A stretch of DNA of 63,912 nt, the filler included, from Calcarisporiella thermophila CBS 279.70 (taxonomy: Eukaryota > Fungi > Calcarisporiellomycota): assembly GCF_041956535.1 (NCBI RefSeq). It is 8 parts of 5 records of this genome, joined end to end, with 100 filler letters (N's around TTAATTAATTAA, not from the genome) between each part and the next. Parts side by side here need not be neighbours in the genome. Positions count along the whole stretch, not along the records: positions 51,139 to 57,879 come from NW_027192198.1; positions 57,980 to 61,696 come from NW_027192198.1; positions 61,797 to 63,912 come from NW_027192219.1; 5 more parts are not named here. One strand, written 5' to 3'. The translations under genes were made by a program, and so were the position numbers. The first letter of the stretch is position 1, and each line of letters starts with the position of its first letter. Below the pieces are notes generated by a model. That model was not told where the DNA came from. It saw only the letters and a list, made by a program, of their open reading frames with translations, and ran no database searches. Shown piece after piece: positions 52,729 to 61,797 of the stretch.

Positions 52729-53456
52729 NNNNNNNNNNNNNNNNNNNNNNNNNNNNNNNNNNNNNNNNNNNNNNNNNNNNNNNNNNNNNNNNNNNNNNNN
52801 NNNNNNNNNNNNNNNNNNNNNNNNNNNNNNNNNNNNNNNNNNNNNNNNNNNNNNNNNNNNNNNNNNNNNNNNNNNNNNNNNNNNNNNNNNNNNNNNNNNN
52901 NNNNNNNNNNNNNNNNNNNNNNNNNNNNNNNNNNNNNNNNNNNNNNNNNNNNNNNNNNNNNNNNNNNNNNNNNNNNNNNNNNNNNNNNNNNNNNNNNNNN
53001 NNNNNNNNNNNNNNNNNNNNNNNNNNNNNNNNNNNNNNNNNNNNNNNNNNNNNNNNNNNNNNNNNNNNNNNNNNNNNNNNNNNNNNNNNNNNNNNNNNNN
53101 AAAAAAAAGAGGCAGGATGGTGTAGTTGTTACGTAGAATATAAGATAGTATAAAGAATAAGGATAAGCTATTCGCAATCTCAGAAGTTTATCAATATTTC
53201 TCTGTAATGTAATTCAACTCTTAATTTAGTTAGTTTCAGCTATAGTTAGAAACACTATATAAGTCATAATGTTCCTTTTGTAATAAGAAAAAAAAGACAG
53301 GATTCAAGTTATTTATTTTTCTATATTTTTGGTCTACTTTCTACTATCTTAAGTGCGTGTTCTGCATCAGGGACTGCAGAAGACTTAAGATAGTAATCGG
53401 ATTAGCGGGATACGTACATTATCTCAACACCTCTCAATCTCCCACTCAACATAGTC

Positions 53457-53719
53457 GCCGTTCTTGGAGCACAATGGTTAAGAGCCCCGGAGCTTAACAA
53501 TTGTGTGCTGGGTTCGATTCCCGGTGACGGCACCAGTACTAGAGATGTGTCCAGGACATACTCTAGGAATCGAGCAATAACCTACTTCGTTAATAATTTG
53601 ATATTAGTAGTCATCAGTAAACAAGCAATACATGTAAGCAATGGTAGAGGGAGTGTACAACCCTTTTGTTTAACTTTTATAGGAGACTTTTCAATAAAAG
53701 TTCCTTTAATGAAAAAAAA
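53457..53719 (+). mobile_element. Second putative tRNA-derived SINE (family B) or retroposed tRNA pseudogene
   Basis: GCCGTTC...TGGTTAA...CTGGGTTCGATTCCCGG-TGACGGCACCA head (encoded CCA, broken anticodon arm), ~180-bp body, AATAAA, then A8. No clear TSD. Confidence 0.55.
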
Positions 53720-53735
53720 GCGGGATGGTGTAGTC

Positions 53736-53817
53736 GGGGGTGGTGTAGTTTAGTGGTAAGCGCTCCTTGGTGCCCTCGAAATGGCGTGGGTTAGAATCCC
53801 GTAACCTCCACCAGCAC
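53736..53817 (+). mobile_element. Diverged SINE head related to family A
   Basis: GGGGGTGGTGTAGTTTAGTGG...TGCC..GGCGTGGGTTAGAATCCC...CCACCAGCAC. Same layout and same CCACCAGCAC junction as family A, followed by a different body. Confidence 0.65.
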
Positions 53818-54244
53818 AAAAATAAAGTGACTGGATTCTCCATTAAATCTGTGCATTGCTTGTAGTGTCTATGTTCTCTATCAGTATATCTGTCTTTTCC
53901 AGTCTGGTTTTCTACAATTACTCGCTTTCACTCTCCGTCCTGTCGTGTCTGGCTCTTCCTCTAGTATTGCTTGTGTCTTGTCGTACCTGATCTTTCTATA
54001 GTTACTGACTCTCATTACTGCCCTTCGCTTGCCGTACCTGTCATGTGTGGTTATCTCTACTTACAAAAGGTATTGCTACACAATCAAGCAGAGCCACTGA
54101 CGAAACGGAGGGTCAAAACTCAAATTTTGAGCACAGTACTGTAGAAAGTGATATCCAGGAAGAAGACTCCATCGTGTCTGATGAAGGTAGCATACCAACT
54201 TCAATTAATATCAATGGCATATGAATTTTAGTCTTTTCGCTTAT

Positions 54245-54480
54245 CTATTTTTGCCGAAGCTGATTTATGGCCGGACATTCCAGGTAAGCATGAATAATGG
54301 TTTCCACTGCGTTGGTCGTGCACTGCTTGCAAATATTAGGTTCTCCTGCCCATTTACTAGTGGTGATGTCTGTCACCAATCTGTGTTTCAAGAGTCTCCA
54401 TCTTAGCGCCCTATGCTTGGGTTCACTCGGCTGCTTTTTCCAGTTCATCCAAGCTATCTCCCAACTGATGAGAACCTCCA
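54245..54480 (-). mobile_element. Non-LTR retrotransposon (L1/Tx1-like) ORF2 fragment, zf-RVT region
   Basis: PKHRALRWRLLKHRL...CKQC....ETIIHAYLECP (CxxC...H...C knuckle). Paralogue of 57.6-57.8 kb. Confidence 0.8.
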
Positions 54481-54825
54481 CAAAGCTAATTTGTTTGAGA
54501 CTACTCTTGATAAATATATGAACTAATATTTCCATTCTAATAACAAATCTGATATGTATCGTGGTGGATATAATCAATGAGGGATCAAAAAACGGAATTG
54601 AAGCTATCTAATCGATCGTCAAGTACCGATTGCTATCTTCATTATGCATCTGCTTATCTTTATCATGCATCAGCTGCCTTTTCGTTATTTTTATGCGACG
54701 ATCCTCTTTATGCAACCAGCATATATCCATTCAAATATCTTTTATGGAAACCTCTTTTTTTTTGCTATATAAGAACAAAGTACAGAAGAATAAAGAAAAA
54801 AACGAAGTTTTTGGTAATCTCTAGC

Positions 54826-55400
54826 TTTTTTTTTTATCAAAGGTGAGTCTTTATTGTTTAAGAAGACTCTAAAGTACAATCGTTACATTATTAAAAGTAA
54901 TAAAATGAGAGAAGAGCTAGATATTAACGCGGTATTGCAATTCGGGGTAATTTGGTCGTAATGAATTTTCTCCTCAGATGGGTAGATGAGAAATAAAACT
55001 CAGCTAACTGTGGGTATTAGGGAACGGCTTGATAGGTGATATGGAGAGAGAGATATGGAGAAAGAGAAGGGCTAGTAGTAGGGGCTACTGCGTCAATCCA
55101 GTTCTAGAGCCGCTCTGTTAGCTCCTACTTTCACCGCGCCCATTTTACGCCACCTGCTTCGGAACTATTCAATTTGTCGCTTTATTCAGGCTCTTGTTAG
55201 TTCGGCTTCTATAGCCTCCTCAATATCCAGCTTGGCCCGATTGATGATGGTTTCGGATGAGGCTCGAGTACTTTCAAAATGAAAGGCGATTCGGTCCCGA
55301 TGGATTTGCCATAACACCTAATCGAAGACGATTTGAGCCGCGTGTCTTACTGTCCTCGGGGCTTCTGGTAGGTCGCCAAGTACGAGATTCCTGGGGATAA
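54826..55400 (-). mobile_element. 5'-truncated LINE 3' end (ORF2 C-terminus, 3' UTR and poly(A))
   Basis: Minus-strand frame with stops reads VLWQIHRDRIAFHFE...FRSRW, similar to the L1 LW.IW..RN...F motif. Ends in TTGATA10. Confidence 0.65.
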
Positions 55401-55407
55401 AGTTATG

Positions 55408-55910
55408 TTTTTTTTTTGGGATTTATGGATCTTTATTGAAAAGTATCCTTTTAAGTTAATATAGTGACTTGTCAGAAGAAATACATGTAAGTAGTGATTG
55501 AGCGTATGAATACCATCCTACTTTTCAAGGATGGTATTATACAAGAGAGAAAGGAATATAAACAAACAAAAAAAAAGGAAAAATTGGAATGCGGGTGGTA
55601 GGGTATTTGGCAAGGTCGTATTGGAGCTAAGTGTTTTGGTTGAAGGATATTTCGTCTCTCTGGACTTGTATCTAACTTCCCTTACACCAAAGCTCTTGGA
55701 AATCATCTTTCTTATCCTTTATGGACGCTGACCACCATTTGGATCTCACGATATTTTGCATTTCGTGACCTAGTTGTTCAGCGAGCGCTATTTCGCTTGG
55801 TTGGGATAAAAATAAATCTCTTATTTTTATCAAGATCCGGACACCCCTCCACACAAACTTCCTTTCGCCTGTAACACCTGTTACGAGGATTTTGGGGTTT
55901 ACCGTGAAGA
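55408..55910 (-). mobile_element. Another probable 5'-truncated LINE 3' end
   Basis: Poly(T) at 55408 with AATAAA just upstream on the minus strand. ORF piece ...LIKIRDLFL...KDDFQELW resembles an ORF2 C-terminus. Confidence 0.4.
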
Positions 55911-56220
55911 TTTGTACGTAAAGAAACAAATGAAAGATTTTCTTATAAAAAAAGAAAAATAAGATAATAAATTTCAAGACTAATACTCCATGAAAATAAA
56001 CTAATCCGCTCCTCGTTCACTCACGCTTGAATCTCTTCTTATATAATAAAATTAGACTAAATAGAACGAACTGATTAAACAAACTGGTTAATCGAACTGA
56101 ATAAGCAAACTGGTTAAACAACTAATTTAACAAAACAGAACAAACTTGAATAAAATTATCAAAGCGCTAGTAATTTGCCGAAAGGTTACTAAAGTAACAT
56201 AAAATTAATTGTGCATAAAG

Positions 56221-56557
56221 TTTTTTTTTTGATCAATTAATGGAAACTTTTATTTAATTTCCATATATTACATGAAGTTAATGTCAATGGACTTAACATA
56301 ACGAGATATAGGTCCCTGATCTATAGACGTTCAATCGATATGCGTGTATCGTAGTTGTCGTGAATAGCATGTACGTGAAACCAATGTATTCTTTGTACTT
56401 ATCGTAAGGGCGATCTTTTCAATAATCAAGACTCAGCTTCTGATCAAGTGGACAGTAGTCACAAACTAAGAGTAAGTGCTGGTGGGGGAAGTGGGATTCG
56501 AACCCACGCCGTTCTCACCGGCATCCCAGGGATAGTCCACTACACTAACCCTCCCCC
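56221..56557 (-). mobile_element. tRNA-derived SINE, full length (family A, copy 3)
   Basis: Reverse complement of the family A sequence with poly(T) at 56221-56230. TSD GCATAAAG(T)n at 56213 and 56558. Confidence 0.92.
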
Positions 56558-56644
56558 GCATAAAGTTTTTTTTTTGACTTGTGGCGCAGTTATGACTGTC
56601 TATACCAAATACCAACATTCCAGTAACACACAAACCAATGAGGG

Positions 56645-56716
56645 GGCTCAATGGTTTAGTGGTATAATTCTCCCTTAGGGTGGGAGAGGTCCTGGGTTCA
56701 ATTCCCAGTTGAGCCC
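56645..56716 (+). tRNA. tRNA-Pro(AGG)
   Basis: Identical to the other two tRNA-Pro copies. Confidence 0.95.
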
Positions 56717-57034
56717 ATATTTTAATTTTGGTACCCAAGGATATTGAACATTGTGTTTTGATATATATTTTTTTGCTTTGTTAGTATTAAAGCGTTCAAA
56801 GTTGTTTTCAATTGTTGGTGAAGAAATATTGTAAATTTTCAAGTCGAATATTGCAAAAATTACAACATGGTATTGATAATGAATATCATAGAATCGGCAA
56901 TAAGGTCATTAGTTTAAAATAAGCATAAGCTAGCATACTATTGAATTAATATTAATAGTAATAACTAATTAGAGAAAAGAATTTAGATAACAAGAACAAT
57001 CAAAAAAAAATCTACATTTGCAAAAATAAGAATG

Positions 57035-57107
57035 CGCCCAACGTGGGGGTCGAACCCACAACCTTGAGATTAAGAGTCTCACGCTCTACCGATTGAGCTA
57101 GCCGGGC
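57035..57107 (-). tRNA. tRNA-Lys(CTT)
   Basis: GCCCGGC-TA-GCTCAATCGGTAGAGC-G-TGAGA-CTCTTAA-TCTCA...GTGGGTTCGACCCCCAC-GTTGGGCG. Confidence 0.95.
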
Positions 57108-57142
57108 TCCATTTGTTTATTACGAGATAATTGATTTTTGTA

Positions 57143-57879
57143 CGGGGAAGTCTCAGAGGCAGTCACATGGACATTCAGAAAGCGCGATACCAGTGAAAGG
57201 GAAGGTAGAAAAATTCGGGATAGTGAAATTGGAAGATTTCTTCAAACCGCACAGAGACAATATCTACCAACCGATGATCGAACCCGAGGTACACGCCCTA
57301 GTCGCAAGGAACCCTGACAGATACTCGAGGGAATTCAGAGAACATTATCTCGATCTTCACCTACTATGGAGGAGAAAGCTGCTCCACCTAGATGAACGAC
57401 TCGCCGAGACTCTCACATAGCGAATCCCCCTTGTTGGTAACAAACACAACTTTCCTTTAACAAAATGTTCTATTGCAGGGATTGAGACCACCGCTTACAC
57501 CACCAAAGCTGGGAGACTATACAAGCAGGATGCGCCAACCATAACCACCGAGGAATGGAAGGACGTTTCCAATGACGTTGACAGATGGACGAAGGCATGG
57601 GCCAGGTGGAAAAGTCGTCCGTCAAAACCCAAGCACAGAACCCTTCGCTGGAGACTTATGAAGCATAAAATAGTTACCGGAATCATCACTAGCAAATGGA
57701 CTGGAGATCCTAACACTTGCAAAAGATGTTCCCTAGGGATACCTGAAACAATTGCCAATGCCTTTCTAGACTGCCCAGCTATCGCGCAACTCTGGCAAAG
57801 AGTTGATGAGACAAACTGCCGAATAATTGGAATACCGCCACACGAATCCACGAGAGAAGACAGACTGTTTGGACAAGAC
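57143..57879 (+). mobile_element. 5'-truncated L1/Tx1-like LINE ORF2 fragment (zf-RVT); runs into gap
   Basis: One frame with a single stop (57418): GIVKLEDF...KPKHRTLRWRLMKHKI...CKRCSLGIPETIANAFLDCP. Confidence 0.82.
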
Positions 57880-57979
57880 NNNNNNNNNNNNNNNNNNNNN
57901 NNNNNNNNNNNNNNNNNNNNNNNTTAATTAATTAANNNNNNNNNNNNNNNNNNNNNNNNNNNNNNNNNNNNNNNNNNNN

Positions 57980-59872
57980 ACCGCCGAAAATGTAAAGGGG
58001 TATCAACAACACTTATGTTTGTTATGATATAGGAATTAACAGACGTACAATACTTTTGGAGCTTCGCACTACTTCTATTCCTTGGTCATTTCCAATAGAC
58101 ATCATGCACTTGTTTTTTGAAAATATTGGTCAGTTATTTTTATAATTTTAACTTATTGAATTTTTGTGTCATCTTTATTGATTGTATTCTCTACTTTAGC
58201 TCCCCTCATGTATGCACACTGGGCTGGCGATTTCCCATCCACTTGGTCGGTTGATATTAATACCGTTCACGTCCTTCCTACTTCTACATGGGAGCAAATT
58301 GGAGCTGCAACGACGGAATGTCAAAGAAATATTCCCTCTGATTTTGGAAGGCCACCCCGCGATATCTACAAAATTAACAATAGGTTTAAAGCAGAGGAGT
58401 GGAAGAATTGGATTACCTTGTATTCGCTTATTTTTCTTAAAGAGCATATGCCTCCGAGGTAACGATCGCCTGTCTAAAGATTTCAACCCAGCATTTAACA
58501 TTCAATGTCATGTTTTCTAAATGAAGAATGTTAAAAGATTGGCTTAAGTTCGTTTCGGCTGTTCGCCTCTGTCTTGCTTGGTCATTGACTAGTACGAACA
58601 TCCAAACGGTATGGGAGAATCTATACTCGTTCTATCTACATTATGCAGAGTAATAGTTGGCCATATATTGAAGATAACATACTGATTAACAAAGCTAACG
58701 CATTTTTGTTGGTGTATTTAGAGAATATTCTGGGCAGAGTTTCGAATACTTGTCGGCACATCGAATTTCCTTACACTATATACTCCATGTCGCCGACTCG
58801 ATTCTACAACATGGCCCTCCATGGGCCTATTGGCAATTTCCAATGGAGAGGTATTGCGGTATGATTGGGCAGTATGTCAGGTACTAGTATCATCAGCTAC
58901 TATCTCACTTCTCTTTGAATATGTACTATATTTTGTGATAAATTTTACTTACTTCTATTCCTCATCATTTTAAACTAGATCAAGAGTTCATCCTTACACT
59001 TCTCTCGCAAATCAATTAAAGATTCGAGGGCAATTAAATCATATCCGGTATTTACCCTCATTCGCATCTCGCAGCTTTACCGCTAAAAAACCTTGCGCAA
59101 CTTGGGTGAAGAAAAATATATTAGCATTAAAGGACCGTCCAGAAGAGCTGTATTGGCCGAGGAAGCAGTATGAATTAAATAAACTTGAATATCGTCGTCT
59201 CAAGCAGCACTATGCATATATTTTGGATGGCATCGCCAACATCTCTGAACTACAGGTAATCCAATATTTAACTGGACAATAAAAAGTAATACAGTATAGT
59301 GTAATATCATATTATGTGGGTACAGGATGTCTCTAGAACTGGTTTTCGATACGGCTGTCTCCGAACTCTGGATGGCCATATACTTAGTTCGATCAAATGT
59401 AGAAGATATTGCAATGATTTCAGGCGCATTGGCTATACAGTTGCGGTAGGTTTATCGCCCTTTGAAAAAAAAAAAATAGAATAATAGTAGATCCTTTTTG
59501 TAAATATATATTATAGGCAATAATGGCAATAATCATAATATGCCAGAAGTTTTCGAGAAGAAAGAGATATATGCTGAAGTGGAGGTAATTGAATCATTCT
59601 GCCCATAATTAATCAGTATTTTGATTTATATAAATTTCGGAAACCTTTAGTTCTACTTTCATCATTCGTTTCGAGGCAATGATTATATGTTGGCATACGT
59701 TCACTGGGCGGGTGAGATTGAAAAAGATGAATATGATTTAAGGAGCTTCAGCACGCGTAGATTAAAACAGTTTATTGACGTATCCGTACTGGATCGCTGC
59801 GTCGGTTGGATTAAAAGGGGACGGAACATATATGTGGTGGATAAGGAGCACTTCACTAGCCTTCCTTCCTAG
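57980..59872 (+). mobile_element. CACTA/En-Spm transposase (Tnp2-like), multi-exon, 5'-truncated by gap
   Basis: FPIDIMHLFFENI, IPSDFGRPPRDI...FKAEEWKNW, HGPPWAYWQFPMERYCGM and DRCVGWI. Paralogous to 1-1394. Confidence 0.82.
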
Positions 59873-60376
59873 GGAAATTCAGGTCAGCATGAGACAAGTA
59901 AACCCTACTTTGAACGACAATAATTACATATAATATATAGTTATCTTTCTTTTTTGTGAAGCTTATCGATCTTTCTATTAGTCCTTTCATTTATAAGACG
60001 ATATTATAGTGTTGTCTTCTCCTAACAATTAGTAAAAAAATTACAAAGGTAATAATAATTTTAGAACGTAATATTGATTTCAGCCGTGGAGCTGGGCCAA
60101 GTCAAACTGAACGATAATTTTTTAGGGCCAGATTTACTTAGCCTAATTCTCTACTTCGAAATTGAATTATCTCAAACACCAATATCATGGCGTTAATTAC
60201 TCGCAACTAGAGGTTTACAGCCAGTTATTTAATATCACGTGAAAAACCACTATCCAATTTTACAAATTTATCAGTCTTACATCCCTGATTTGATCAAATT
60301 TCACTATGATTTATCGAGGTAAATCATTGTTTTATTTATGCTTTCTAACAAATTTCGTTATGATATTTTTTTGTAG

Positions 60377-60997
60377 GGCGAGTTAGGACGTTCCAAGAAC
60401 TGGTTACCAATATGCGCGACTACGAACTAAAGATCGCCATTATATTAGCTCTAGGCGATTTCGTAATAAATCCGAGGACTACTGAAGGAACATTTACATA
60501 GTGGCGGTTTGTATATTCAGCAACAAAAGTGTGGGGCATAGATGGACCTTTCAATTAACTTGGTACTGTAACATGTAGGCTGTTGTTAAAGTGGACAGTT
60601 ATGCAAGATTCCACAATCGGCCAGAAGTAGTGGTAAAGGATTGCTATGCTGAAGTGGAGGTAAGTTCAAATCTGTTCATCTTGTTCAATTGCTCAAATGT
60701 ACAAGATGAATAGCTTCGTCTTATTACAATATTTTAAATTATGACTCACATAAAATCATTGGCCTTATAGTTTTATTTCCATAATAAATTTCGGGACCAA
60801 GATTTTATGTTGGCGTTCGTGCGCCGGGCGAGACTGGGACAAAGATGAATATGGTCTGAGGGGTTTCGATACACTTAGCTCGATTGGATTTATCGGCGTA
60901 GAAGCACTGTATAGGTGTGTAGGGTGGATAAAAAAAGAGCAACGAGTATTCATCGTGGATAAAGAGAAATTTAACATATTACCCTCAACAGACTGAA
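60377..60997 (+). mobile_element. Degenerate tandem copy of the 3' exons of the CACTA transposase
   Basis: Matches 59.1-59.9 kb (YAEVE|gtaag, DFMLAFV...DEYGLRGF, RCVGWIKK..VDKE) with frameshifts and stops. Confidence 0.6.
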
Positions 60998-61797
60998 CTT
61001 AGGAATATATAACTCGCGTCTAGTGAAAACGTATTACTCTAACTTTAGCTCTGTAAATTACGGGATTTGAAAAGAAATTATTGAAATAATTGAATGTATC
61101 ATCTCTCTAGCTAATCTTTTGAATTGTATATTTATGTGTTAAGTCGTAGTTTTTTTTTCTGAGACTCGTAAATTATTTTTTTATTAGGAAACTGCTTGGA
61201 ATTAAGGCCAAAAATGCTCTGTTGTCTAAGTCAAATCTTTGAGTCTTGGTTATTTTTTGGGTCATTCGACCAAAGTCCATGTTGCATATACCAGTTTCGG
61301 TCCCGATCATATAGAATTTAATGATTTCCAAAAAGCTCCCAAACAGCTTTATCCAATTTTCCTAATGAGGGCTTATTGTAGGGGAAAGCAATGGAGAGGA
61401 AAGGGGCGCCTTGGACTTGAAGGAAACTTATGGGTTGCATTCCTCACCGCTGGGGCTGAAAAGTGCCGTATTATACCCTTCCATTGAAGCCCGATCATGC
61501 TGGTCTATAGCTGGCCATTACCTAACTATTGCTAACATCTGGTTTTTGGGCGTGGATGGCTTTTATTTCAACAACGTTTTTGCCAAGGAATTTTGACGCC
61601 ACCGACTCGGAGGAAGCACATACCGCTAGTGTAGCCGATGAAAACTTGAGAATGGGCTTCGGTTGCTTTCAAATAAAACAACTGGAAGAGATAAAANNNN
61701 NNNNNNNNNNNNNNNNNNNNNNNNNNNNNNNNNNNNNNNNTTAATTAATTAANNNNNNNNNNNNNNNNNNNNNNNNNNNNNNNNNNNNNNNNNNNNT

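Noticed and set aside
42821-57420. Premature stops (TAA/TAG/TGA) as evidence of RIP, RNA editing or an alternative genetic code
   Set aside because: C-to-T change at CAA/CAG/CGA is the commonest route to a stop anyway. SINE copies show no obvious RIP pattern, and intact genes end in normal stops.
6962-61797. TTAATTAATTAA recurring in the centre of seven 100-nt N gaps
   Set aside because: Artificial six-frame-stop spacer used to join contigs. It is not biological, and adjacency across these gaps should not be trusted.
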